Of a DNA stretch of 64,000 nt, positions 51,009-61,127 are shown in pieces. The notes beneath the pieces were generated by a model. That model did no database searches. It was not told where the DNA came from and worked only from the letters and a program-made list of their open reading frames with translations. Where the stretch lies: assembly GCA_947481575.1 (NCBI GenBank), contig CANKGV010000007.1, positions 11,504 through 75,503 of the forward strand. The letters run 5' to 3'. The translations under genes and the position numbers were made by a program. The stretch comes from Alphaproteobacteria bacterium. Its GTDB lineage: Bacteria > Pseudomonadota > Alphaproteobacteria > UBA2966 > CAIVPW01. Within the stretch, counting starts at the first letter, position 1, and each line of letters starts with the position of its first letter.

Positions 51009-52076
51009 CTAGGTACCTGTACCGACGGCATCGGCAACGGACTTGAAGCCATCGCGCGCCAACAAGGCCGCGAGATCAATGTGGATCTGCGGGACAAGTT
51101 CGGGACCGGCATAGACCATGGCGGTGTAAAGCTCGACCAAGTGTGCGCCGGCGCGAATCTTGGCGTAGGCATCGGCTCCGGACGATACGCCCCCGCAGCC
51201 AATCAACACCAGCCGCCCCGCCGCCAAGCGGTGGGCAATGGCGAGCAAGCGCGTAGACAGGCCCAGGAGCGGCGCGCCGCTGAGACCGCCGGGTTGGTGG
51301 CGGTTGGGCGAACGCAACTCTTCGCGCAGGCCGATGCTGGTATTGCCGACGATCAGGCCGGCGATGCCGCGGGAGATGGCGGATTCGACGATAGGCGTGA
51401 GGTCGTATTCGTCGAGGTCCGGGGCAACTTTCAGTACGAGCGGGGTTGTGGGCGATGCAGCGTCGCGCGCGGCGACGGCGCGCTGCAGCAACTCGTCGAT
51501 CCGGCTGCGTTGTTGCAGGCCACGCAGACCCGGCGTGTTGGGCGACGAGACATTGAGCACCAGGAAATCCGCGAGCGGCGCCAACGCGACGATGCCGGCG
51601 ACGAAATCGGCGATGGGATCGGCAGCGTCTTTATTCGGGCCGACGTTGGCGGCAACAATGCCTTTGCGGGAGCGGCTACCGAGGCGCGAGCGGGCGGCGA
51701 ACAAACCGGCCCCATTGAACCCCATACGGTTGATGACCGCGCGATCTTCCGGCAGGCGGAACAAGCGCGGGCGCTGATTGCCGGACTGGGGCTTGGGGGT
51801 GACGGTGCCGACCTCAACGAAGCCGAAGCCGGTCCGCAGCATCGCATCGGGCACGCGCGCGTCCTTGTCGAACCCTGCGGCGAGACCGATGGGTGACGGG
51901 AACTGCAGGCCGAACGCCGTGCTGGCGAGGGATGCGGGCGGCGGCGGCGCGGTCGGGCCGAAGCCCATCTCCAACCCACGGAGCGTGAGTTCGTGGGCGA
52001 GTTCCGGCTCCAGGCGCCGCAGCGCGGCAGTGGCGAGGCTATACAGGCCGGACAAGCGGCGCTCCCGTTGCGGCAT
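51009..52076 (-). CDS. pyrD: Quinone-dependent dihydroorotate dehydrogenase
   Basis: GLAAGFDK, EVGTVTPKPQ, INRMGFN, NVSSPNTPGLR, GGLSGAPL. Confidence 0.95.
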   Translation of the reverse strand: MPQRERRLSGLYSLATAALRRLEPELAHELTLRGLEMGFGPTAPPPPASLASTAFGLQFPSPIGLAAGFDKDARVPDAMLRTGFGFVEVGTVTPKPQSGNQRPRLFRLPEDRAVINRMGFNGAGLFAARSRLGSRSRKGIVAANVGPNKDAADPIADFVAGIVALAPLADFLVLNVSSPNTPGLRGLQQRSRIDELLQRAVAARDAASPTTPLVLKVAPDLDEYDLTPIVESAISRGIAGLIVGNTSIGLREELRSPNRHQPGGLSGAPLLGLSTRLLAIAHRLAAGRLVLIGCGGVSSGADAYAKIRAGAHLVELYTAMVYAGPELVPQIHIDLAALLARDGFKSVADAVGTGT

Positions 52077-52740
52077 CCACCGGTTCGATCACCGATGGAT
52101 CATCGTTCTGGAAAGAGTTTACCCGCTGGGACACGGCAAGCATCTGCCACGCTTCGTCGCCCCCCGGGTGCAACAAGCCGTGGAGCGCGTCGTCGTTGGC
52201 CGGTTCCTGGCCCAGCCACTGCGGCCAATCGGCCGGGGACAGAATCACCGGCATGCGGTCGTGCAGCGGGCGCACCAGATCGCTGGCGGCGGTGGTGAGG
52301 ATCGTGAATGAGTGGACGGGGGGAGCGTCCTTGGCTTCGCGCCAGCGGTCCCACAAGCCGGCGAAGGCGGTCAGGCTTCGGTCCTTGGGCGTAAACAAGA
52401 ATGGCTGGCGGCCGTGTTCGGTGGCGCGCCATTCGAAGTAGCCGTTGGCGGGGACAAGACAGCGGCGCTCGCGAAAGGAATCGCGGAACGACGGCGTCGT
52501 TGCAGCGGACTCCGAACGGGCGTTGAACATCGGCTTGCCCGCGGGGCCTTTGGACCACCACGGCACGAAGCCCCAGCGCATTAGCACTAGGGTGCGGCCA
52601 CCGGCCTTATTGCGCACGACCACCGGCGCGTCCTGGGTGGGAGCGATGTTGTAGCGCGGCGGGAAATTGGGAAAGCCTTCGGTATCGAACAAGCGCCGCA
52701 CCGCTTCGTGCGGGGACGTCATCATGTAGCGGCCGCACAT
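52039..52740 (-). CDS. SOS response-associated peptidase (SRAP/YedK/HMCES)
   Basis: True start MCGRY at 52740; PRYNIAPTQ, NARSE, GYFEW, HDRMPVIL. Confidence 0.93.
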   Translation of the reverse strand: MCGRYMMTSPHEAVRRLFDTEGFPNFPPRYNIAPTQDAPVVVRNKAGGRTLVLMRWGFVPWWSKGPAGKPMFNARSESAATTPSFRDSFRERRCLVPANGYFEWRATEHGRQPFLFTPKDRSLTAFAGLWDRWREAKDAPPVHSFTILTTAASDLVRPLHDRMPVILSPADWPQWLGQEPANDDALHGLLHPGGDEAWQMLAVSQRVNSFQNDDPSVIEPVDAATGAPLVRPV

Positions 52741-52748
52741 AGCGGACC

Positions 52749-54359
52749 CTAGGACACCGCCGCGGGCGCCCCCGATACGAACGCACCGCTGAGCGCTTGG
52801 CGGATCAGGGCGATCGTTTCGTTCACTCCGAACAGGGCGATGAACGACCCCATGCGCGGGCCCTGGCTTTGGCCGAACATCACTTCGTACATGGTGCGGA
52901 ACCAATCGCGCAGGTTTTCGAAGTTGTGGCGCTTGCCGACTTCGTAGACTTGGTTCTGTAGCGCTTCGGCGTCGGCGCCGGCGGGCACCGTGGCGAGCGT
53001 CGCGGCGAGGTCTTCCAGCGCGGCCCGCTCGGCAACCGTGGGCGCGCGGAACTTTTTCTCCGGCAGCACGAAATCCCGGTAGTAGCGCACGGCGTAGTCG
53101 ACCAAGCGATTCAGAATCGGGTTGGCGGTGGGGTTCGCCCCCGGCGCGTAGCGGCTGATGAAGCCCCACACGACCTTGGGGTCTTCGGAATTACACACGC
53201 TGACGAGGTTAAGCAGCATGCCGAAGCTGACCGGCACGTCCTCGTGCGGAACCGTGCCGCGGTGGATGAACCACGCCGGGTTATTGTGCTGCGCCGCGTC
53301 GCCCTGGCTGCGGTAGGCGGCGAGGAACGCGAGGTATTCGTCGACCGCCTTGGGGATCACGTCGAAGTACAGGCGCTTGGCGCGCTGCGGCGCCTGGAAC
53401 ATGTACAGCGCCAGGCTTTCCGGCGAGGCGTAGGACAGCCATTCTTCGATGGTGAGGCCGTTGCCGCGCGACTTGGAAATCTTCTCGCCCTTGTCGTCCA
53501 AGAACAACTCGTAGATGAACGTCTCCGGCGGCGTGCCGTCGAGCGCGCGGCAGATGCGGGTGCTGAGCTTGACCGAGTCGATCAGGTCCTTGCCCGACAT
53601 CTCGTAATCGACCTTGAGCGCGGTCCAGCGCATGGCCCAATCGGCCTTCCACTGCAGCTTGCAGTGGCCGCCGGTGACGGGCACTTCCGTAAGTGTGCCG
53701 TCTTCGTCCTTGAACACGACGGTTCCGGTGGCGAGCTTGCGCTCGATCAGCGGGACCTGGAGCACGCGCCCGCTCTTCGGGCTGATGGGCAGGATCGGAC
53801 TGTAGGTGGCCTGGCGTTCGGCGCCGAGCGTGGGCAGAACGATGGCGGCGATGTCGTCGTGGCGGGCGAGGACGCGCAGCAGCACTTCGTCGAACATGCC
53901 GGCGCGGTAGCACTCGGTCGAAGACCGGAACTCATACTGGATGCCGAAGCCGTCGAGGAACGAGCGCAGCATCGCGTTGTTGTGCTCGCCGAAACTCGGG
54001 AACTTGCCGAACGGATCGGGCACGGAGGTGAGCGGCTTGCCGAGGTGCGGCGCCACCAGTTCCTTGTTCGGAATGTTGTCCGGCACCTTGCGCAGGCCGT
54101 CCATGTCGTCGGAGAACGCGACGAGGCGGGTGGGCAGGTTGGACAGCGTGGCGAACGCTTGCCGCACCATGGAGGTGCGGGCAACCTCGCCGAACGTGCC
54201 GATGTGGGGCAGGCCGGACGGGCCGTAGCCGGTTTCGAACAGGACGATGTCCTTGGGCGCCTTGGCCAGCCGCTCGATCAGGCGCTTGGCCTCCCGGAAC
54301 GGCCACGCCTCGCCGCCTTGCGGCTCGCTCCTAAGCGCGTTGTCCGGCTCTCCCGCCAT
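52749..54359 (-). CDS. lysS: Lysine--tRNA ligase, class I
   Basis: [41 protein letters not shown]. Confidence 0.96.
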   Translation of the reverse strand: MAGEPDNALRSEPQGGEAWPFREAKRLIERLAKAPKDIVLFETGYGPSGLPHIGTFGEVARTSMVRQAFATLSNLPTRLVAFSDDMDGLRKVPDNIPNKELVAPHLGKPLTSVPDPFGKFPSFGEHNNAMLRSFLDGFGIQYEFRSSTECYRAGMFDEVLLRVLARHDDIAAIVLPTLGAERQATYSPILPISPKSGRVLQVPLIERKLATGTVVFKDEDGTLTEVPVTGGHCKLQWKADWAMRWTALKVDYEMSGKDLIDSVKLSTRICRALDGTPPETFIYELFLDDKGEKISKSRGNGLTIEEWLSYASPESLALYMFQAPQRAKRLYFDVIPKAVDEYLAFLAAYRSQGDAAQHNNPAWFIHRGTVPHEDVPVSFGMLLNLVSVCNSEDPKVVWGFISRYAPGANPTANPILNRLVDYAVRYYRDFVLPEKKFRAPTVAERAALEDLAATLATVPAGADAEALQNQVYEVGKRHNFENLRDWFRTMYEVMFGQSQGPRMGSFIALFGVNETIALIRQALSGAFVSGAPAAVS

Positions 54360-54442
54360 CGTCCTAACCCCCTGCAATCGTGGCGCGGACCCTAGGGGTT
54401 CCGGGCGGGGGGCGTCAACGAGAGCGTGGTGCCCGAACGCCT

Positions 54443-56161
54443 CTAGCCGGCCCGGATTTCGCGCAGGAATTCGTCCACCTGCCGGCGTAGGTTGGCGCCG
54501 TTCTTGGTGAGGGCGTCGGCGGCGGCGAGGACCTGGGCGGCACCCGCGCCGGTTTGCAGGGACGCCTCGGTAACGCTGGCGATGCTGGTGGAGACATCGG
54601 AGGAACCCGCGGCCGCCTGCTGGGCGCTGCGCGAAATTTCGCGGGTGGCGGCGCCCTGCTCTTCCACCGCCGCGGCGATAGCGGTGGAAATCTCGTCAAC
54701 GCGGTTGATGGTTTGGGCGATGTCGTGAATGCCCTTGGCCGAGGATTCGGTGGACGCCTGGATCGCCTTGATGTGCCCAGCGATATCTTCAGTAGCGCGG
54801 GCGGTTTGGCCGGCGAGCGACTTCACTTCGCTGGCGACGACCGCGAAGCCCTTGCCGGCCTCGCCGGCGCGAGCGGCCTCGATCGTGGCGTTGAGGGCCA
54901 ACAAGTTAGTTTGGTTGGCAACCTCGCTGATCAGGGTGACCACGGAGCCGATCTTGGCGGCGGCCTCGGACAGAGCATTGACCTTCGCGCTGGTCTCGTT
55001 GGCTTGCGTCACGGCGCTGCCGACGATGCGGGCGGATTCCGCCGCTTGGCTGCCGATCTCCTGAATCGACGATGACAGTTCTTCGGTGGCCGCCGCGACC
55101 GTTTGCACGTTTTGCATAGTCTGCTCGGACGCAGTGGCAACGACGCTGGATTGGCGGGTGGTTTCGCCGGCGGTCGATGACAGCGATTGGGCGGTATGCT
55201 GCAACTGTTCGGCGGCTTCGGCCACCGCGGCGACCACGCTGGACACGCGGGATTCGAAGCGGTCGGCGAGTGTGATCATCATCGCGCGCCGTTCTTGCTC
55301 GGTGCGGGTACGCAGCGCGTCTTGTTCGGCGCGCAGCCGGCCGGCGCTGGTCAGTGCCTCTTTGAACACACCCACCGACTTGGCCATGGCGCCGACTTCG
55401 TCCGCCCGGTCGATGCCGGGGATGGCGACGGTGAGATCGCCCGTGGAGAGACGGCCCATGGTGCCAGTCATGGAATCGAGGGCGCGGGCAACGCCGAGCA
55501 CGATCGCGCCGGAGAGCAGCGCCACGATCACGCCCAGCACGACGGGCACGGAGGATAGATTCTGAATCAGGTGGACGTCGGCCGCGCTGGCCTCCGCCCC
55601 CGCCTTGGCATCGGCGATGCTCCGGGCAATGTAGTCTTCGGTTAGGTTGGAAAGCGCCTCCAGACGGTCGCCCATCACCTCGGCAGCCGCATCGAACGAA
55701 CTCATCAGCTTGTTGCCGCCGTCGGGGCCGGTAGCGACGTAGGCCGTAGCCATCTTGATGCCGGTTGCGTAGTACGGCGCGAAATCGGTTTGCATGGCGC
55801 GCAACGCCGCGACGATATCGGCCAAACCGGCGGCTTGCGCCAAGGCGATGGCGGTATCGCTGTCTTCCTTGAAGCGGCCAGCGAATTCCTTGGCGACGTC
55901 GAAGCCATCGCCCAGCCCATCTTTGGCCTGGGTGGCGGAGACATCGGTGAGCCACTGCTGCACCTGGACCACGTCGAAGCGGACGTCCTTGGTAGCGCTG
56001 AGGAGTGGCACCGCTTGCTCCGCGACGCGGTTGCCCGCCTCCTGAGACTCGACACCGGACCGCTCGACCCGCGCGAGAGCCCACAACCCGCCGCCGACCG
56101 TGAGGACCAGCACGGCGGACAACAGGGCAATGGTGGCGAACAATTTGGTGCGTATGGTCAT
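54443..56161 (-). CDS. Methyl-accepting chemotaxis protein (2 TM, HAMP, MA domain)
   Basis: [10 protein letters not shown] periplasmic domain, [44 protein letters not shown]. Confidence 0.95.
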   Translation of the reverse strand: MTIRTKLFATIALLSAVLVLTVGGGLWALARVERSGVESQEAGNRVAEQAVPLLSATKDVRFDVVQVQQWLTDVSATQAKDGLGDGFDVAKEFAGRFKEDSDTAIALAQAAGLADIVAALRAMQTDFAPYYATGIKMATAYVATGPDGGNKLMSSFDAAAEVMGDRLEALSNLTEDYIARSIADAKAGAEASAADVHLIQNLSSVPVVLGVIVALLSGAIVLGVARALDSMTGTMGRLSTGDLTVAIPGIDRADEVGAMAKSVGVFKEALTSAGRLRAEQDALRTRTEQERRAMMITLADRFESRVSSVVAAVAEAAEQLQHTAQSLSSTAGETTRQSSVVATASEQTMQNVQTVAAATEELSSSIQEIGSQAAESARIVGSAVTQANETSAKVNALSEAAAKIGSVVTLISEVANQTNLLALNATIEAARAGEAGKGFAVVASEVKSLAGQTARATEDIAGHIKAIQASTESSAKGIHDIAQTINRVDEISTAIAAAVEEQGAATREISRSAQQAAAGSSDVSTSIASVTEASLQTGAGAAQVLAAADALTKNGANLRRQVDEFLREIRAG

Positions 56162-56271
56162 GGGTACCTTATTCGCGCTGGAAATGATCGTGCGCGGCGG
56201 ACAGGAATAGAGCGTCTTGACGCGTGAGCGTGCACAGTGGCGCGCTGGCCGCCTTGATCTACCGCAACGGC

Positions 56272-56973
56272 CTAGACGACGTTGCCGACCAGCGCGCCGA
56301 TCCCCGCGGTAAGGGCCATCGCCAACGCGCCCCAAAAGGTGACGCGGATGGTGCCCTTGATCACGCCAGCACCGCCGGTGCGAGCGCCGATGGCACCCAG
56401 GAGCGCCAAGAACCCGAGCGAGGCGATCGACACGGCGGGCACCAGCACGGCCTGGGGTGCCACCACCACCATCAGCAGCGGCATGGCGGCGCCGACGGCA
56501 AACGTGGCCGCCGAGGCCAGCGCCGCTTGGACCGGGCGGGCGGTGGTGATTTCGGAGATGCCTAATTCATCGCGCGCATGGGCGCCTAGCGCGTCTTTCG
56601 CCATCAACTGGATGGCGACCTGGCGGGCGAGTTCCGCATCCAACCCGCGCTGAACGTAGATCTGGGTGAGTTCTTCGGTCTCCAACTCGGGTTGCGTCGC
56701 CAATTCGCCGCGCTCCCGCGCTAGATCGGCGGATTCGGAATCGGATTGCGAGGACACCGAGACATATTCGCCGGCGGCCATCGACATGGCGCCGGCAACC
56801 AGGGCGGCGATGCCGGCGACCAGCACTTCCGACGGGCTGCCCGCGGCGGCGGCAACCCCGACGATCAGGCTGGCCGTGGAGACGATGCCATCGTTGGCGC
56901 CGAGGACGGCGGCGCGCAGCCAGCCGATGCGGGCGACGCGATGGCGTTCGGCGTGGTAACGCACGCTGCGCAT
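56272..56973 (-). CDS. VIT1/CCC1 family Fe/Mn transporter
   Basis: [40 protein letters not shown]. Confidence 0.93.
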   Translation of the reverse strand: MRSVRYHAERHRVARIGWLRAAVLGANDGIVSTASLIVGVAAAAGSPSEVLVAGIAALVAGAMSMAAGEYVSVSSQSDSESADLARERGELATQPELETEELTQIYVQRGLDAELARQVAIQLMAKDALGAHARDELGISEITTARPVQAALASAATFAVGAAMPLLMVVVAPQAVLVPAVSIASLGFLALLGAIGARTGGAGVIKGTIRVTFWGALAMALTAGIGALVGNVV

Positions 56974-57470
56974 CACACCACCGGCGTGCGCGGCGGTTCG
57001 GCGATCAGCCTAGTCTCGATTGCTTCCATTTCACCGATGTAGCTGGAGACCGCGAGCTTGAACCGTTCGCGGCCGCGGGGTTGAACGGCTTCGTGCGCAC
57101 CACGGGGCCACACCGTAAGGCGTTCGACCAGATCGCACACGGGCTGATCGGCGAACGAGCGACATTTCGGATTGTGGGCGAATTCGTTGCGGATCCGATT
57201 GACCCGGTACAGATCGTCGTAGGCGCCGTGGCTGATAATGCGCAGCGCGTGAAGCAAGCGAATCTTGGCGCCGAAGTTGCCGAGCGGGCCTTGCTGGCCG
57301 AACAGGTCGGTCAGGACCGCGTGGTCATCCAGCATCTGCGCCTGCAGCACGGCGGTCACGCGATTTTCCAAGATCGCGGCCATAACCACGGCGCGGGCGC
57401 GGTCGGGGCCAGCATCGTAAACCTCGGCGAAGGCACGTTCTTCGTCCTTGTCGCGAAAATTGAGCTGCAT
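56973..57470 (-). CDS. MtlR-family (HEPN-fold) protein with RxxxxH motif
   Basis: DRARAVVMAAILE, LFGQQGPLGNFGAKIRL, RIRNEFAH. Confidence 0.75.
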   Translation of the reverse strand: MQLNFRDKDEERAFAEVYDAGPDRARAVVMAAILENRVTAVLQAQMLDDHAVLTDLFGQQGPLGNFGAKIRLLHALRIISHGAYDDLYRVNRIRNEFAHNPKCRSFADQPVCDLVERLTVWPRGAHEAVQPRGRERFKLAVSSYIGEMEAIETRLIAEPPRTPVV

Positions 57471-57477
57471 GGGGGCC

Positions 57478-57795
57478 TTACGCGCGGGTCTTAGGCTTGG
57501 CTTTGGCTTTGGCGCCGATGGCCTTGGCAACCGGCGGCTTCAGTGCAGGCCTGCCCTTGGCGCTTGCGGCGGTCGGCGAGGCTTTGGCCTTTGCGGCGGA
57601 TACCGCCTTGGCTTTCTTCACCGGCCGTGGCTTGAACGCGGCAGGCGGGCCGTCATCGCTGGAGGCGCGGTTCTTGAAGTATTCGACTTGGGCAAGGCGG
57701 TGTTCCGCTTCGGCGCGGGTGCCGAAAGGACCGCCCAGGTTCTTGCCGGTGGATTCCGAAAGCACGTACCAGCCATCGGGCTTCTGCACGATCAT
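57478..57795 (-). CDS. Small protein: ~45-aa folded N-domain plus histone-H1-like Lys/Ala/Pro tail
   Basis: MIVQKPDGWYVLSESTGKNLGGPFGTRAEAEHRLAQVEYFK followed by KKAKA..AKAKAKPKTRA; GGAG SD. Confidence 0.75.
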   Translation of the reverse strand: MIVQKPDGWYVLSESTGKNLGGPFGTRAEAEHRLAQVEYFKNRASSDDGPPAAFKPRPVKKAKAVSAAKAKASPTAASAKGRPALKPPVAKAIGAKAKAKPKTRA

Positions 57796-57877
57796 GGCGA
57801 CACTCCGGTAACGCAGGCCGTGCACAGCGTATCACCACCGGGCGACAGCGCCGATTACTGCGAGGCATACTCCGGCC

Positions 57878-60685
57878 GTGCCCACCCTTCCTGTCCCCGC
57901 CGCCACCGTCCCCCTGCCCGCGCTCCAGGTCCCCGATGCACCCGCGCTGGTGGCGGGTTTGCGCCATGCCGCATGGGTGACCGCAGAGGGGGAATTCGCT
58001 GAATTGGCGTTCAGTACGGCCGCCCGGCGGGCGGCCGCCGCGCCGCCGATCGTGTGCCATGGGCCGGCCACGGCGGCGCGCCTGGGGGTCAAGCGGTTCG
58101 CCGCCCTGGATACTCTGGAGCTGTTCGCGTTCGTCCGCCCGGGCCAGTTCTGCGTGCCGACACCGGGAGGGCTGGCGGCGGCACTGGGGGTAGCGCCGCC
58201 GTTCGATACCGCCAGCGAGGCGGTGGCGCTGGTGGATGCCACCGCCAAGATGCTGCGCGAATTGCGGGCGCAGGCGGGGGACCGGGACGCGATCGCGGTG
58301 GCCCAATACCTCGGGGCCTCCGACTGGATTTGGGCGCCGTGGGTATTGGGAGCACTGGGCGCGCCGGAAGGCGGCAAGGCGCTACGGCTGGACGTGTGGT
58401 CGCGGCTGCCGGAGTGGGCCGAATTGGCGCCGCCGGACCCGCCCGGCCATGAGCCTGTGGAACGCGAGGAAACACTGGCGCGGCTTGCCAAGCTCTTGGG
58501 CGCCCATGCCGAACCCCGGCTGCAGCAGCGGGTGTTTGCCACGGAAGCCGCCGGCGCATTTGCGCCCCGCGACGCGGCGGGGGAGCCGCGCGTGGTGCTG
58601 GCGGAGGCCGGTACCGGCATCGGCAAGACGCTGGGCTACATCGCGCCGGCCAGCATCTGGGCGGAGAAGAATGGCGCGCCGGTGTGGCTATCCACCTACA
58701 CGCGCAACTTGCAGCGGCAGATCGATACCGAGCTCGACCGGCTGTACCCCGACCCCGCGGTGAAGCGCACCCGCGTGGTAGTGCGTAAGGGGCGCGAGAA
58801 CTATTTGTGCCTGCTGAACCTGGAAGAGGAAGCGGCGCGGGCCTTGGCCGGCGGCGGCGTAGGCGTGGGGCTGACGGCGCGGTGGGTGATGGCGACCCGC
58901 GACGGCGATCTGGGCGGCGACTTTCCAGCGTGGCTGCCAGCACTGGTGGGGCACGAGAACACGACGGGCCTAAGCGACCGGCGCGGCGAGTGCATCTATT
59001 CGGCGTGCCGCCACTACCGGCGCTGCTTCATCGAACGGGCGCAGCGGCGAGCACGGCGCGCCGACCTAGTAATCGCCAACCACGCGCTGGTGCTGGCGAC
59101 GCTGGCCCGCAGCGATGACGCGCGCGACGTGCCGCTGCGGTTCGTGTTCGACGAAGGACACCATATGTTCGACGCGGCGGACTCGGCGTTCTCTGCCCAC
59201 CTGACGGGGCAGGAGGCGGCCGAACTGCGGCGCTGGCTGCGCGGGCCCGAAGGCGCGCGGCGGCGTGGGCGGGGCCTGGCGGACCGGATCGGCGATCTGA
59301 TCGGCGACGACGAGGCGGCACAGAGTGCGCTGACCGCGGCGGTGCGGGCGGCTGGCGCGCTGCCCGCACCGGGGTGGCTGAGCCGGTTGCGGGAACGCAC
59401 CGATGGCTCCACCCAGACGCCGACCGAGGCGTTCCTAGGGGCGGTGCGGGCACAGGTGATCGCAAGGCAGACGCAGCCGGATGCGGGCTATTCGCTGGAG
59501 GCGCCGATCAACGATCCGGTGCCGGGACTGCTGAACGCGGCGGGCGAACTGTTCGACGCGCTGGAGCAATTGGCTCAGCCTCTTGCGGCGCTGGCCAAGA
59601 CCTTCGCCGCGCGGCTGGACGACGAAACCGCGACGCTGGAGGAGGACCTGCGTCAACGGATGGAGGCGGCGGTACGCGGGCTGGCGCGGCGCAGCGCCAC
59701 GGTAGCGGCATGGCGCGGCATGCTGGCCAGCCTCCGCGAGGCGACGCCGGAAGCGTTCGTGGACTGGTTTTCGCTGGAGCGCGAATGGGGCCGTGACCTG
59801 GATGCGGGCATGCACCGGCACTGGATCGACCCCACCGCGCCGTTTGCCGAACACGTGCTGCGCAAGGCGCACGGGGCGCTGATTACGTCGGCGAGTTTGC
59901 GCGACGTTGGTTCGCGCGCGGGCGACAACGATTTCGATGACGTTGCCGATGGCGCGCCTGCGCGCGACGACGACGGCTGGGCCGCGGCCGAGGTGCGTAC
60001 CGGCGCGCTGCATCTGCCGGTGCCGCCGCGGCGCGTGAGCTTGCTCTCGCCGTTCGATTACGCGGCGCAGACGCGGATCATAATCGTGCGCGACGTGAAC
60101 AAGGACGACCCGGATCAGGTGGCCGCCGCCTACCGCGAGCTGTTCCTCGCAGCGGGAGGCGGCGGGCTGGGGCTGTTCACGGCGATCTCGCGCCTGCGGG
60201 CGGTGCACAAGCGCATCGCCGGGCCGCTGGAGGATCAGGGGCTGAAGCTGCTGGCGCAGCACGTGGACGCGATGGACACGGCAACGCTGGTTGACATCTT
60301 CCGCGCCGAAACCGACACGTGTTTGCTGGGCACCGATGCGGTGCGCGATGGCGTGGACGTGCCGGGGGCGAGCCTGCGCCTGATCGTGTTCGACCGGGTG
60401 CCTTGGCCGCGGCCCGATATTCTGCACAAGGCCCGCAAACAGGCGTTTGGCGGCGCGGGCTATGACGACCGCATCGCGCGGCTGCGGTTACGCCAGGCGT
60501 ATGGGCGGCTGGTGCGGCGCGCGGACGACCGCGGCGTGTTCGTGATGCTGGATGCGCGTACGCCCACACGCCTGCTCCCGGCGTTTCCGCCGGGGGTGGC
60601 GGTGGACCGGGTGGGGATCGCCGAGGCGGTGGCGCAGACCAAGGCGTTTCTGGCGGCGGCCCGTGTCGTTGGCCCTGCGACCTAG
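57878..60685 (+). CDS. DinG/YoaA-family ATP-dependent DNA helicase
   Basis: EAGTGIGKTLGY, KGRENYLC, Fe-S cysteines ECIYSAC..RCF, DEGHH, DGVDVPG, QAYGRLVRR. Confidence 0.92.
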   Translation: MPTLPVPAATVPLPALQVPDAPALVAGLRHAAWVTAEGEFAELAFSTAARRAAAAPPIVCHGPATAARLGVKRFAALDTLELFAFVRPGQFCVPTPGGLAAALGVAPPFDTASEAVALVDATAKMLRELRAQAGDRDAIAVAQYLGASDWIWAPWVLGALGAPEGGKALRLDVWSRLPEWAELAPPDPPGHEPVEREETLARLAKLLGAHAEPRLQQRVFATEAAGAFAPRDAAGEPRVVLAEAGTGIGKTLGYIAPASIWAEKNGAPVWLSTYTRNLQRQIDTELDRLYPDPAVKRTRVVVRKGRENYLCLLNLEEEAARALAGGGVGVGLTARWVMATRDGDLGGDFPAWLPALVGHENTTGLSDRRGECIYSACRHYRRCFIERAQRRARRADLVIANHALVLATLARSDDARDVPLRFVFDEGHHMFDAADSAFSAHLTGQEAAELRRWLRGPEGARRRGRGLADRIGDLIGDDEAAQSALTAAVRAAGALPAPGWLSRLRERTDGSTQTPTEAFLGAVRAQVIARQTQPDAGYSLEAPINDPVPGLLNAAGELFDALEQLAQPLAALAKTFAARLDDETATLEEDLRQRMEAAVRGLARRSATVAAWRGMLASLREATPEAFVDWFSLEREWGRDLDAGMHRHWIDPTAPFAEHVLRKAHGALITSASLRDVGSRAGDNDFDDVADGAPARDDDGWAAAEVRTGALHLPVPPRRVSLLSPFDYAAQTRIIIVRDVNKDDPDQVAAAYRELFLAAGGGGLGLFTAISRLRAVHKRIAGPLEDQGLKLLAQHVDAMDTATLVDIFRAETDTCLLGTDAVRDGVDVPGASLRLIVFDRVPWPRPDILHKARKQAFGGAGYDDRIARLRLRQAYGRLVRRADDRGVFVMLDARTPTRLLPAFPPGVAVDRVGIAEAVAQTKAFLAAARVVGPAT

Positions 60686-60717
60686 ACAGGCCGGAACGGC
60701 TTGCCTATGGTCCGCGC

Positions 60718-61116
60718 ATGGAACACACCGCACTGATCTACGTGATGGTGCTGACGGCCGCGGCCGACAGCAAGATGGGCGACGCCGAGCTGGCCATGAT
60801 CGGCGAGATCGTGCGCACCTTGCCGGTGTTCGACGGCTACGACCCAGAGTTACTGCCCCGCACTGCCGAGGACTGCGCCGAAATCCTTTCGGGCAAGAAC
60901 GGGCTCGATACGGTGCTGAAGCTTGTAACCGATTCGCTGCCCGAACCGCTGCGCGAGACCGCCTATGCGCTGGCGTGCGATGTCGCCGCCGCCGATACCA
61001 GCATCAGCCAGGAAGAAGCCCGGCTGCTGCAGATGCTGCGTCACAGCTTAGGGATCGACCACCTGATCGGCGCTGCTATCGAACGCGGCGCCCGGGCGCG
61101 CTTCCAGCGCATCTGA
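60718..61116 (+). CDS. TerB-family protein
   Basis: ALIYVMVLTAAAD, LPEPLRETAYALACDVAAAD, AAIERGARAR. Confidence 0.85.
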   Translation: MEHTALIYVMVLTAAADSKMGDAELAMIGEIVRTLPVFDGYDPELLPRTAEDCAEILSGKNGLDTVLKLVTDSLPEPLRETAYALACDVAAADTSISQEEARLLQMLRHSLGIDHLIGAAIERGARARFQRI

Positions 61117-61127
61117 GCGCTTCGCCG

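Noticed and set aside
57878-60685. DinG as part of a type IV CRISPR or defence system
   Set aside because: No cas genes or array; it resembles the chromosomal alphaproteobacterial DinG usually found near lysS.
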